Below are positions 40,501 to 52,457 of a stretch of 64,000 bases of DNA, piece by piece; the first letter of the stretch is position 1; every line of letters begins with the position of its first letter. Source of the stretch: Ascidiella aspersa (lineage: Eukaryota); the NCBI GenBank assembly GCA_963924565.1, contig OZ004612.1:11098001-11162000 (forward strand), in the 5' to 3' direction. The notes under the pieces were generated by a model. The model was not told the DNA's origin and searched no databases. It worked only from the letters and a program-made list of their open reading frames with translations. The translations under genes were made by a program, and so were the position numbers.

Positions 40501-43500
40501 AATTTTATCTTCCTCCGTTGCATTTGCCTCAGCCAAGTTGCTTGCCTGCGTTGTTAGTAGTGGCAAATTATACCCAGGCACATAAAATGCTCAAAAAGAA
40601 AATTTGCTCAAACTCATAGAAAATTTGCTCAACTTATATAAATTTTTATAAATGGTTTGCATGTGATTTTATTTTTATTTTTATTTTAAATCAGAATCAG
40701 AGAAAAAGCACAGAAAGTAACTGTGTTAAATTATGTAGCAACTATGCATACCATAAACAGAATAAAAATGACTTGACTAGGGAACAACCGTTATCATTCG
40801 GTGACTTTGGCGCCAAAAACTATATCCTAAAAAAATTACAATGCAGAAGAACAAATGTTTACCTTAGTTAGCTCATCAAATGACAATTTGGGTTGAGCAT
40901 CAGATTCCTATATTTTAAAACATAATTAAGTTTCACTAAATTTAAAAATATAAAAGTAACCATGAAAATATGATTCAATAACATACAAAAAGTGTTTTAA
41001 AACTTTAACGAATAATTCACAGAATAGAAAAATACAAATACAGAACAGGAGAAAGCTTTAAGATCATCTTCTTCTAATGCATCTGAAATTTGTTGTTTTA
41101 ATACTAAACAAACCCACAAACATTTGAAGTTGTTGTTTTAATACTAAACAAACCCACAAACATTTGAAGTTGTTGTTTTAATACTAAACAAAGCCACAAA
41201 CATTTGAAGGTAAAGCAGAATTGTTGTGGAATGTTATAGTAATTTTTGTAGCATCCATGTAAGTAGAACTGCTTATAAGATTACAATTTCTTGAAAAAGT
41301 ATACAGCTGCTAATGTAAAAAGTAATCAATATAATAATATTTGACCCTTCCACAAACAAATGCTAACCCCCACAATACCTTCATATATTGTTTGTTGATT
41401 TGTTAATTGTTTGATTGCTGTGGTAGGATTCAAGTTGGCTTGTGTTATAAATGTTCAATTTAGAAAGCCTATGTACAATAAGCTTCTAACTGTAAACAAC
41501 CCATTTATTACTCTATGCTTAGTATTATTATGGTTTTAGAGATGCTGAAAAAAAAAATGAAATTATATACTAAATCGAATTTCAACTAAGTACCATAGTG
41601 ATGCTTACATATATTATTACATTTCTTCTTATGGTTTATCACAAACCATTTGTGTAAGAGGGCATATCAGGAAAAAAATCATATGTTTGTCAAATATGTT
41701 TTACAACAAGTTTTTGTAAGAAAAAGATTTAAAAAAGCAAATGGGTGAGAGTAACTTAGTAAAAAAATCTTATTAATTGTATATAAAATACGTAATAAGA
41801 ATATCAAAGCCCATACAGAAGTAGGTATCATTTCTGTATGGGCTTTGATATTCTAACCTCCAACCATTATGCTCCAAAGTATATAAAATAGTTATTAATA
41901 AATCTGCATGCCTAGAAAAATGCAGATATTATGTTAGGATTATTAATTAATTTTTATGTCAGAAAATTGCAAAATCTGTACATGCTAATGGCACTGTATT
42001 TACAATGTTTGTTGTAGTGTGTAAAGTTTTTTAGCCCACAGAGTTCCAAAAACATGATCTTGAATGTTTGTTGTGAGTACATAATAATATGTGTCAACAG
42101 TGATTACAATGTGTAAGATTGCAAAAAAATTATCCAATATAATCTCACATATTTTTTTTTAATAATTGGCTAATTTTGTATGCTTTAAGTTGTCTGTTAT
42201 TAAATTAGAACAGACAAGTAGAGTCAGTCAACCAGTAGTTATGTTTAAATTGGTTGAATCAAAATAACTCTCATCTAGCAGTGCTGTCATATCCTACACC
42301 AAATTTGATAAATCGTTATAGTTACTAGCATGGTGGAAGTGCTGTAATACAGCACACGTGTGTCGAATAGTGATCGAGCAGTGTTCCTAATGTGGTACGC
42401 CAAATTTGAATCTAAAATTGGTGAGATGGTAAAAGCCAAACTATGTCCACCACAATAAAATTGATGATCGGAAGAAAAAACTTAGATTATAAATTACTCA
42501 AAAAAATTTTAACCTGTGAACATATAATCCCAATTTTGCATGACAAACATTTTTTTGTTGAAGCATACTAATATTAGTTATTTTTTCAATTTTAGTGTAA
42601 ACCAAAGACAATTCCAAAATATGTAAGAATGGAAATAGAGTTTCCACAAACTCATGAATACGAATTTGTGCATTACAGCATGACTTTAGAGACCTTCCTT
42701 GACTTGTTTTGTTTTTTAAGACTTGATTTTCTAAAACATGATCAGAGCGTGACACAAAGTGTGGAAAGCCCATGAAAGGTTGAGAAACCACTAAACTAGT
42801 CTGAAGCTATGCTTCAGCTATTAATCAAACACAAGCGTTAACCTTTTTTATATCATTTTTTCTTTAACATGTAGTACACAGCCACCTCCCAAGCCCTTAA
42901 TACTCCCAGGTTAGGAGCCACTGATAAAAAGGAAGTCTTTTCAGCCTAAAGGCGCCATGCATACTATGGCATGTTACACCATGTAAATTCATTAGCTCCA
43001 GAATGTACAATTTTGCCAAAATATATGCTATTGAACAATATGAGCCTTTTTTATGCAACAGGTTTCCTTTAAACAGAATGATTTGCAAATTGAAACTAAA
43101 TAAACACATGTTTTGGTAGCTGGTTTTGCAAAATATTTAGTCATTAAAAGATCATTATGTTTAAGATAAGGAGGAATAAATGGAAAGACATATTAAAAAA
43201 AAAACATATTACAAAAACAAAAAGCTATTACCTTACAGGCGGCCATTAAAAGAAAGTCTGTTAATGCGGTCATTGATAGCCAAAAGGTTGTGCACCGCTA
43301 CCTTATACTAAACTAAATAGGTAGTATATATATGTACCTGTTTGATACCAGGATGTTATCACTGCCTATCTTGTAACAAACATAAATCGTTGTTTGCAAT
43401 CCATACAGTGTTTTCAAAATCATTAGGAAATAATAAAATCTTAGGTATCTTTGCTTTCTTACTTAAGAAAATGAATTTACTCAGCAATTTAATATCAAAA

Positions 43501-46500
43501 AATGTATATATATTGCACAAAAAACCTTGGCAGTCAAGTTTTTGGGGACATTGGTAACACTAAAAGACCAGATAAGGTAACTTATTGCCGACTATAGATT
43601 TTTATCTAATTACATAATCTGGGCAAATCAGAACAATATTAACTGCCCAAAACCATTTTATTGAACTTCAAGCAAAAACAGTCATCCACTTTTCGAGCAA
43701 AATAAACCAGAAAAATCAACAGTAACTTTCACAAAATGTGAAAGAAAAACACAACTAACATTAAACTAAAGTGCGTAATAGCTCTCGCATGAGCTCCGCG
43801 TTTGTCGCATGCCGATTAGTTTGTGTGCTTTTATTAGCACCTGCATGTGTGCTTTTCATCCAGAAGAAAGCACATTTAACACCGCACATCTGTTTGGAAT
43901 CTTCTCGTAAATGACTGTACATAATTTGCAAAGCAACTGTAGAGTGCAGGAGACACTTAAAAAAGTTCACTACTGATGTAGGAAAACAACATTGGCAAAG
44001 AACAGTCTACATTCAGCAATAGGTTGACGAGAAGCAAAAACAAAGACTATGCCTCATATCAAAAGGTAATAAGAAAAGCATGAGGTAACAGTTGTATCAG
44101 GCTAAAATAGAGAACTGAATAACATACAGAAATGGGGATAACTGTGGCAAGTTATAAACAAGTTCAAAGCACTTTGTAAATTGTAAAAAGCAAGGTTAAA
44201 CAGCACAACACAGATTTACGAAACTCAATAAATATGCAATCGTATTCATTTACAAACTGACACAGAAGTATATCACAAAACTAACAGAAACATCACAGTT
44301 TAAAGATATAACTACATTTGTGACTTGATTGTATAAATTATAAAAAATAAAGCATAATATCAATATAAAACATAACCACTACAACATGGTCAAATATAGT
44401 TCATTGAACATACAAGATAAACAGCTTTGCAACATGACTACATGTTAGGCTATTAGTATACAAATGCTCACAGCATTCAGTTCATATTTATAATCTAAAT
44501 GCTTTATGATTACTTACAAGCAAATGTTAAGCAAAAATATGATACATACTTGGACACTTTTTTGAGAAGTGGGGATAGAATAAGAACTGGTGTCACTTCT
44601 TTTTCTGAAACAATTAAAAAATAAAAATAGTTTTTTTGATTGATGCAAACTAAAATCAACAAACAAGGTAGTTTAAAAACAAACCAAAAGGAATTTTTTC
44701 CCAAATAATATTTTAATGAAAAGGCAGGTTTAACAAAAGTTAAAAACAAAGCAAGATTTATAAACCTTTTATAACATTCAAAAAATTTTAAGTGAGTAAA
44801 TAAAGCCAGAAAATATCTTTGTTATGATTTAGGACAGGGGCGGGCAACATTTTTCTAGTCATGGGCCAAAATCAAACTCAGAATGGTCTATGCGGGATGT
44901 TAAATGTTTACTGGATGACTTAACACGTCTTATTATAACAACTGTAGCAATTGCTTATCAGTAGGGCGATTATTTTTTGACTTGTCCAAAAAAGTCAAAA
45001 TTTACATGTTAGGTCAAAATTTGTTAAAATTTTTTTAAGTTAAAAATTAAATAAATGCGCATAAATCGTTTACAAAATTAAAAAAAAAAATATAGTCAGC
45101 TTTTTGAAATTGGTTGTTCATATTTTTTTAATTTATCATTCAATTCTACCAAAAAAAAAAAATTCTTATCAGGAATAAATCTAGTGTTTTTGTAATTTAC
45201 ACTACATGGATAAAAAAGATTTGCACAAAGGGTAAACAACTTTTCTATCGGCAGATGAAATAGCCCTAAAAATATGAGAAATGGCCTCATGCAGAGTTTG
45301 TAAAATAGGTTGCCCACTGCAAGATTTGCGTTAGCTGGTCAGATCTGGACCACAGGCCATTGGCCAACACAGATCTAGCAAGACAAGATCAAACTTACAC
45401 AATGTAAACTTTAGAGTCACGAACTGGTCCAAGGGGAATTCTTCGTACAAGAACAGCAGTATTCTTTGGAATTAGAACAGTTTCATCCTTGTAAACTGCA
45501 AAAAAAATCTCAGTTGTTATTTTGTTAAATTATCAGTTAGTTATTAAGAAGTAATACATAATATACACAATTGCGTAGTTAACAGTTTTTAATGGTGGGT
45601 AGTGACTGATTCATTTTTGGGGGGATCAGGGGTTACAAAACAGCATCAAAGAAATAACAAGAAACCTTTCGAGTCAAACTCACTCTGGTTTGGACCTAAG
45701 CTCTCAAAGAGATTTTAATTATTTACTTACGTTGTGCAAAAACTGTAATTTAAAATAATTTATTTCACCATATCCAAACAAAAACGATTTGCAAAAAACT
45801 TGATACAACGCCATTTCTAGAGAGCATTTAGATGTAAGAGTTTTAACTTTATTAATCAACCACTAGGAATGTTCAAAGTACAATCCCAAGGTATTCTAGA
45901 ATAATAGGTTTCAAATATAGAATAACGAATAGGGATGTTCAAAGTAGAATCCCAAGGTATTCTAGAACAACAGGTTTCGAATCTAGAATAACGAATCCAG
46001 AATAGCCAATCCTAGTATATTTTTATTAAATTATTTAACCTCGATTTTGTTGGGGGAATGGATTAATGTTAATCTACCCTATATGGCCCACAATCACAGC
46101 AATAAATTCACCAAACAATTTGCTAACATGTGTACATTATACTAAAAAAACCTCCCACATGTTTCAGATTTAACAACTGTCATTTGAAGCAGTTGTGTAA
46201 ACTGTAATACTTGTACACTGTCCAGGTTGGTGCCAAAACTTATATTTTTGCCAATAGTGAGTACAATGCAACACTTCACACAGTTTAGCAATTCGGTCCT
46301 GTTTTTGGGCATTGTTGGGTCTTAGTGCTTTTTTTTGACTAACATGATCTGTTATGCAGTCATATAATGTACTACAAAGAACACAAAGTTACTATTGACG
46401 TAATGAATGCTTTACAATTACGATCTGCATAACTGTATAACCTCGCTGAATATTGGCCTAAAGTTGACCTTAAGTAACCCTATAGCGCATTTTGATGGCG

Positions 46501-48239
46501 GCCAGCACATTTTACAATGTAATGTTACTTTTGCAATTCAAGGCATTTAGGGAAATTGCGAACTCCACACCTGACATTACATGTTAGTCGCTCGCGTAAT
46601 AACGCTTGATTGACACTTAATTAGACGATCGCGAGACCCGGTCGCCCAAAAAAACCCTGACACTGCACTACCAGGTTACATTAGGCAGGCACTATAAATT
46701 GGTGGCCGAAGCGACAGGCCAACTTACCACAAGCGTTTGTACAATTAGGCGCAACCATGAAATAAATGCAGTATTAGACATATTAATTCTTTAAAATTTT
46801 AAATCTAGATTTAAATCTACTCAAAATTGATTATAGGTTTGTTGTCTGTTTGCAGATTTACTTCAACTGATACAAATTTTGATTATACGGACAGTGTACT
46901 ATTTGACTTCGTAAATCAATCGCAAATATCACAACTCAAGTTAAATAGACAATAATCCAAGGTAAGACATTTATATAAAAGTATGTCATGTAATGGTTAA
47001 TGATACACAACTAGAAAAGCAACCACTAAAAATTAGTAAACAAAAGAACACAAATTATATGTCTCATTTATCCTAATTGTACAGAATTCTGTGAAACATC
47101 CTAGCTCTATAATGGACTGGCAACAATGGGAAAATGTGTTACTTTGGACATAAGTAACACAGTGCCCAACAGCATTCCATGCCAAATGTCTTCAGCATAA
47201 AGGGACTAAAATGCAATCAGGATAAAATAAAAAAAACTGTCTGTAAACTATGGCAGATTTTGAGATGTTACGGCTGCATAATCTTATTCATTTTTGGGGT
47301 ACAGGTTTTCATTTTGGGGATACAGGTCTCAATTGAAAATAACTAATTCCAATCCTCTGCCTATTTTTTTTTCACTAAAAAGTATGACAAGTGACAAGAT
47401 CTAGAATCCTGCCATTTTTACAGTAATATAACTAAACAAGTGATCAAAATTGAAATTGCAAGGAAGAAATATATATGGTATAATAAATAAAATAAAAAAT
47501 AATACTTTAACCAGTTTAGAAACCAAACGCCAACTCGCACCCCAACCAAATAATGTTAGCAAAAAAACCCGAACGATGTGTGTGGTAGGGTTTAGAGTTC
47601 CTTTTTTTCCCGGATTTTTTCACTCCTGAGAAACGGGATTGAAAAATGAAAATTCCCGCAAATCATAACAAAATTATTTGACTTTTCACGTTGGTGTTAT
47701 TTACAAAGCAAATTCCACTTTTTTTCACTTTCAGCCTCTTTGCTGAGCAGGAAGCATTTTTATTGGTAAAATAAATGGTTTTAAGTTTTTCCGCTGGTAA
47801 GCGCAAATAAAGCAACTCAGGTAATGACTTCAATAGGTTTGTTAATATTATTGTCTTTTATATTAGTCAAAAACGACAAGATTTTTAAAGCTCTGCTATA
47901 TTGCCGAATAACCGGGAATTTTCCATCTAAACATTCTTGGAGAGAAACCCTAGCAGGGTAATTGACCAGCGCCAGTGTACTTGTCATACTTTTCATATTG
48001 GAAAAAAATTAGGCAGAGGAATAGAAATACTAGGTAATACTTTCTAAACAACTAATAAACAGTCAACACATACCTTGCAATGTTTGGGCGTTTGTTATGT
48101 GCAGATCCAATTCTGTGCTTTTTAGCTTCTGTTTTTCCATTATGGCCCTTTTCAAGTCGAACAACGAAATACTCAAGCCGTCAAACGTAACATTTTTGTA
48201 TTCGTTGCTGCTCGAAAACTTGTAGTGAATGGCCGACAT
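24427..48239 (-). CDS. RBBP6: RBBP6 / PACT / Mpe1 homologue (DWNN + CCHC zinc knuckle + RING E3 ligase; 3'-end processing factor), 21 coding exons, ~2070 aa
   Basis: Exons (minus): 48239-48074, 45495-45399, 44604-44550, 40907-40863, 40545-40457, 39697-39559, 39095-38962, 37617-37439, 36717-36614, 36144-35930, 35377-35129, 34768-34688, 34260-33708, 33085-32944, 32589-32535, 32131-31952, 31174-31070, 30129-29920, 29125-28883, 28543-26522, 25576-24427. All are GT-AG and in phase, total 6213 nt. Motifs: MSAIHYKFSS...VTFDGLSISLFDLK, LIPKNTAVLVRRIP, NLAEANATEEDKIKA, CFRCNQHGHYAMQC, TGIPRS, KKEKPPF, DELICLLCKDLLVDAVVIPCCGNSYCDDCIRNALLDSDTHQCPTC, LIANKFLRQAVNKFKN, followed by Pro-rich, RS-rich and Lys-rich regions. 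Confidence 0.96.
26522..28543 (-). CDS. RBBP6: RBBP6 large penultimate exon
   Basis: ttttcag|G CAA GCT TAC GAG CGC GAC TGG TAC GAG (YERDWYE) to ...AAA TCG AG|gtaac. Confidence 0.9.
30258..30418. mobile_element. Fold-back MITE in an RBBP6 intron
   Basis: TAATCTTCTTAAGGG.AA.AAAGTTGTAACT...AAGGGTATAC pairs with GTATACCCTT...AGTTACAACTTTGTTACCCTTAAGAAGATTA, giving imperfect arms of about 65 bp. Confidence 0.75.
41090..41209. repeat. 40-bp tandem repeat x3
   Basis: TTGTTGTTTTAATACTAAACAAACCCACAAACATTTGAAG repeated three times with one mismatch. Confidence 0.95.
41798..41854. repeat. Perfect 23-bp inverted repeat with 11-nt loop
   Basis: AGAATATCAAAGCCCATACAGAA-gtaggtatcat-TTCTGTATGGGCTTTGATATTCT. 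Confidence 0.9.
44835..45372. mobile_element. Degenerate hAT-type MITE in RBBP6 intron 2
   Basis: CAGGGGCGGGCAAC ... TTGGCCAACACAG termini; diverged 8-bp TSD atttagga / atctagca. Confidence 0.5.
45864..45996. repeat. 66-bp tandem duplication
   Basis: TAGG.ATGTTCAAAGTA.AATCCCAAGGTATTCTAGAA.AA.AGGTTTC.AAT.TAGAATAACGAAT occurs twice. Confidence 0.9.
48074..48239 (-). CDS. RBBP6: RBBP6 first coding exon (DWNN domain)
   Basis: ATG TCG GCC ATT CAC TAC AAG TTT...CAA G|gtatgt; 166 nt. Confidence 0.95.
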
Positions 48240-48676
48240 CTTGGAATTCTGAAGCGAGCAACAAGTCACGAGACCGTTGCACTGTTTTGCCACTCGGCGA
48301 CGGTGAAATACAGAAAAACGACGAACGTTTTTGACGAATTTTTATAAAGGTGGCTTAACTGAAGCCAAATGTCGTCAAAAGTCACATTCGAGAATTATTC
48401 TTTCGCTGATTTCAGAAACTTTTATCCAATTTTCGAACGCGTTGTTCACAATGCATTCGAATCACGTGATTTTGTATAATAGTTAGTCTCCTAACAGTCG
48501 CGCTTATGACGTCACACTAAAATATTCAATCAATTGTCTTGAAAATAGAGTTACACGATTTGCGAATCGGCTCGATTCATTTTAAGAAATAAATGAGGTA
48601 TTTGCTCGATAATCGTATTTTAAGGTCAAACTAGTTGGGTTTCACATTATCATTTAAAACGGAAAAAGAAAACTAC
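48240..48676. promoter_or_regulatory. Probable bidirectional promoter between RBBP6 and the 133-aa ORF
   Basis: 437 bp between divergent ATGs; palindromic E-box AATCACGTGATT (48460-48471) and full CRE TGACGTCA (48507-48514). Confidence 0.55.
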
Positions 48677-49078
48677 ATGGAAATGAAAACTGCAAAGAGG
48701 CAATCAAATGGACTGACCTTTCTCAATGTCTTATTAATTGTTGGGTTTGTAACTGCTGGATTTATTGCAAATGCTACTGTCTTCAGCTTTGCAAATTCTT
48801 TGTGTGGAGAAAACACTTTTGGTACGCTGAAATTCCGTTTACCTCCAACGACAATCGACGCTTGGATATATGTTTTTCCAATAATGGCACACGTTGTATT
48901 AATGTCATCAGAGTTTTTAAAAGTTGCTTACAGACTGCAGCAACCAAGATTGGAAGAAGAAATGAAAGTCTTACGTTGCGTGTTTTGCAGCGTTGGTGAT
49001 TTGATCTTTTCTTCCCACGTTGGATTAATTTTAATTTTAGTTTTAAAAAGCTGCATAATTTTTGCAACTACATTTTAG
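48677..49078 (+). CDS. Putative small multi-pass membrane protein, 133 aa, single exon, unrecognised
   Basis: ATG in context ctacATGG; three hydrophobic segments (LTFLNVLLIVGFVTAGFIANATVF; AWIYVFPIMAHVVLM; LIFSSHVGLILILVLKSCIIF); ATTAAA at 49129-49134. Confidence 0.5.
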   Translation: MEMKTAKRQSNGLTFLNVLLIVGFVTAGFIANATVFSFANSLCGENTFGTLKFRLPPTTIDAWIYVFPIMAHVVLMSSEFLKVAYRLQQPRLEEEMKVLRCVFCSVGDLIFSSHVGLILILVLKSCIIFATTF

Positions 49079-51050
49079 AATTAGGCCTATAAGCTGTTTC
49101 ACTTTTGCCTTAAAGTTACAACCATGTTATTAAAAGCGCAAAGAAGCCACAAATATAGTGTTATGATTTGGGGGAACCCAACCTATAAACTGTCTAATTC
49201 GGACTGATAAAGTTGTCCGACATGTTATGTTGGTCTATATTTATTTATTTTTAAAACAGGTTTTTAAACAATTATTTGTCAGTGCAGTTATTTTTTCGGT
49301 CAATTGTGTACATTAATTTTATTTGGCATTATTTTACTCTATGCGTGAAATTATTTCGCTGTTTCAGAAATGTCTATTAGACGTATTTAAAATTGGAACA
49401 AGTTGTAATAAGACTTGAAACAAGCTTTGTTTTGGATCACAGCCACTAAGGCCGCCTTTGTACTAAACAAAGTCTATAGAGATTTCTATAGTCGTTGATA
49501 CTAAAATGCCACCAAGCGGATATATGTTCTTTCGCAAACAATGTGTGATTTAAACCGGCGCCCTGCGAATTATCATAAACATAATAAAATGATAATACAT
49601 TTCGATGCGATAATTGTTATAATCTTTAGTCAATATGGACAAACAATGTCTGTTCATTCATCGGCTACCTTACTGAAAACAAATTTGTCGGATTAGACAG
49701 CCTGGAGCTTGGATGTTGGAACGTCCTACACTTTTACCGTGAAAGTGTTTTATAATAGTCAACATTAGGATACGTTAGTATTATAGCAACCAATATCATT
49801 TCGCATTAAAAGCCTATATGATTTATTCATTGCGCGCAAAAAATGTATTAATTTCCAAACAAATGTCATTGTGCCCTTCGCGCGAACGTGGACTCATGAA
49901 TAATTAATCGCCCATTCTTTGTGTCGCTTTTGAGTTATGTGGCGACCAAAATAGCTGGCGAAACGTTACGTTGTGTAAAGCCTACGATGACCTTACATTA
50001 CCTGCACGCCAGTGGCAATTTGACATAGCGTTGAGACAGCTTTATGGCCTGTATGCGAACTGCGCCTGTTTGCTTGGAGGCCAGCATCAGCGGCGGCTTG
50101 TCTTTTCGACAAACAATACCCAAGTAGGATGACCACGCATTGGCGTCCACTCAAAACGGGAGAGGAGGCCTGTGTATGCGCGCGAAGGGCGAGTGAAGCG
50201 ACCGCTCGTATATATGAATATCGACGTCGCGCACCGAGAGTTGTTGTTTTTTTGGCGTACTTCGGTCAGCGATCGGCTGCGCTGAATGGACAGAAATTAT
50301 GTTGTTTGAAGAGCCAGGGCCCGCAACCGGAGGCCGAGCCCCTTGCGGCCTTTGCTGTGGGAGTGTGCCACAGCTAGGGTCGTTCAGTCGAGTTGAGAAA
50401 CTCTGGAGGGCCCTCGAAAGCGTACAACGGACGGGGCAGGCAGTTGCCCTGGGCGCTGTAACTCCCACGGTAACGCAGATTGATCCTTTCATCCGGCCTT
50501 CTAGCACCTTTTTGTCATTGTCTAATTCGCGTTTCGTTACTTTTCGGCGTCGCAGCCCGCCAAGCAACAAATTCCAGGCAGGCCTCTCTTCACTAGAAAG
50601 CTGTCATGGTGTGCCTCGTTAGGAAGCATTTGTTCAGGTTTAGCGTCAGTTAAAAAGGCTATTCTGTGTTTTAAACCAGGGCATAAAGCTTGCCAAGTGA
50701 AAATCAGTTAACGTTCTCAGTGTATGAAAAAGATCTAAGATTAGTCTGAATTTCTTAAAATTGCAGCGAAACCAAATGTTTATATATGACTTTTTACATG
50801 TTATAAAACGATTTTCCAGCAACAAATGCATAGGATACAGATTCTTGATTTTAGGAGAGAGTAACATAGTTTACGGTATAGTATAAAACAGCTGTTAACG
50901 CTTTACAACTGCTGCGCCTAAACCAATTTTTTTTAAACGCAGCAGGATCTATATGGGCGGATAAATTATGCATATGGGCGCAGATCAGCACTTGCTTTAC
51001 GCAGCCGCCGTCCGCCATTCAAGCGACCTTGAAAAATACTCAAAATAAAG

Positions 51051-52457
51051 ATGACCGAAACGGGCTTCGGCGAACTGGGGTCCCCCGATTTGCTTTCGCC
51101 GAATTTACGAGTGAAAGCCCAAAAGCGGCGACGGGTAAGGCTCAGCACGGACGGCGATCTGGAAAAGTCGACTCAGGAACTTTTGACGGCGCTTCGTGAC
51201 CCGCCGCTTTCGCAGTCTGTCGCCTTAAAGCCTCTACCTTCTATCCCTGGCATCGCTGATCAACCCCCGAACACTAACGGCAAGCTGGAAGGCTGTTGGC
51301 CTCTTCGCCAGCAGCGCAACACGCACAAAGAAAACGGTAAAAATGAGACAGACGCCATCAAGTCGTCTCATGAAAACATGGAAAACAAAGTAGGCCTGGA
51401 GCGTTGTCCAACCTTTACGAAGAGCCGCAACCTTGCCGAAGACTTGGACATTACCGCAAAGAAATCGAATTTAAAAGGAAACAGATCCCTGGGAAACGTT
51501 ACCAAAGAAGAGCCGGCCTTATTTTCGGATCTATCCGACGAGCTTGGATTCGAACGACGAACCAGACGTCGCGCAAGTCGACGGTCCCTGAAGAATTCTG
51601 AGAGCTTTTCCGGGGACTCTATCTTGGACTTTGATGGGTGTCGAGACGACGCGAACGAAACGACGAAGACCCCGAGAAGAAGGAGCACCCGAAGGGGTCA
51701 AAACAGCCCCGCGGTCGTGACCCCTATCGAGAAGCTGACACTGGGGGATCGCGGCAGCCCCAAAACGTCGCGCCGACAGAAGATGCTCTCGTTCGAATCT
51801 ACCTCGGTCGACGCGGCGGCCGCGGACTGCGCAAAACCGCTGTCAATCAACCATCCCGTCCTCGCGAAACCGTCTAAGCTCCGCCCTATAAACGACCTGA
51901 AACTGACCCAAAGCAACATCTCCACTCACAACCAGGACAAGCCGCGTCCGAGACGACGCCAGACGCAGGAATGCCTTGCGGACAGCCTCAGGCAGGCGGG
52001 AAGGGAGCGCGACTACGCCGCCTCTGACGTCATGAGCACGGTCTCTGACGACATCGGTGACGTGTACGATCCGACCACCATCGGAGGGCGCACGACGAGG
52101 AGGAGCAAACCGCTGCGAAACTCGCATCTCGACAAGCTGAAGGGCGGCGTCTTAACGCAGGAGGATACGAGCGGTGACGACAATAGTGTTGACATATTTA
52201 CTTCGCCGAAGCGCCACAAGAAGAGATCCCGCAGGAGGCCGGAGCAGGCTGAAAACAGAAGCAGGATGAGCGGAGATGGGGACTTGCTCCCGGAGGCAAG
52301 CCGATCGAACGCGTTCGACTCACCCGACAAGGATTCCTGCCTCTTCGAAAGCGCCGAGAACGAGCTGAAAGGAAACTCTGGCCTGAACGTTGCGAGGCGC
52401 CGCGCTTACAACCGATACCTGCCTCCGCTTACTGAATCTTTCAACAATTTAAAATAG
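51051..52457 (+). CDS. Uncharacterised 468-aa charged, probably disordered protein, single coding exon
   Basis: 1.4-kb open frame with the GC-rich composition seen in the real exons; aagATG start; AATAAA at 52645-52650. A possible 5' UTR intron runs from ~50638 (cag|gtttag) to ~50945 (cgcagcag). No domain recognised. Confidence 0.8.
   Translation: MTETGFGELGSPDLLSPNLRVKAQKRRRVRLSTDGDLEKSTQELLTALRDPPLSQSVALKPLPSIPGIADQPPNTNGKLEGCWPLRQQRNTHKENGKNETDAIKSSHENMENKVGLERCPTFTKSRNLAEDLDITAKKSNLKGNRSLGNVTKEEPALFSDLSDELGFERRTRRRASRRSLKNSESFSGDSILDFDGCRDDANETTKTPRRRSTRRGQNSPAVVTPIEKLTLGDRGSPKTSRRQKMLSFESTSVDAAAADCAKPLSINHPVLAKPSKLRPINDLKLTQSNISTHNQDKPRPRRRQTQECLADSLRQAGRERDYAASDVMSTVSDDIGDVYDPTTIGGRTTRRSKPLRNSHLDKLKGGVLTQEDTSGDDNSVDIFTSPKRHKKRSRRRPEQAENRSRMSGDGDLLPEASRSNAFDSPDKDSCLFESAENELKGNSGLNVARRRAYNRYLPPLTESFNNLK

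Noticed and set aside
50129-50622. Overlapping short ORFs in a GC-rich block
   Set aside because: No recognisable protein; more plausibly the promoter or 5' UTR exon of the 468-aa gene.
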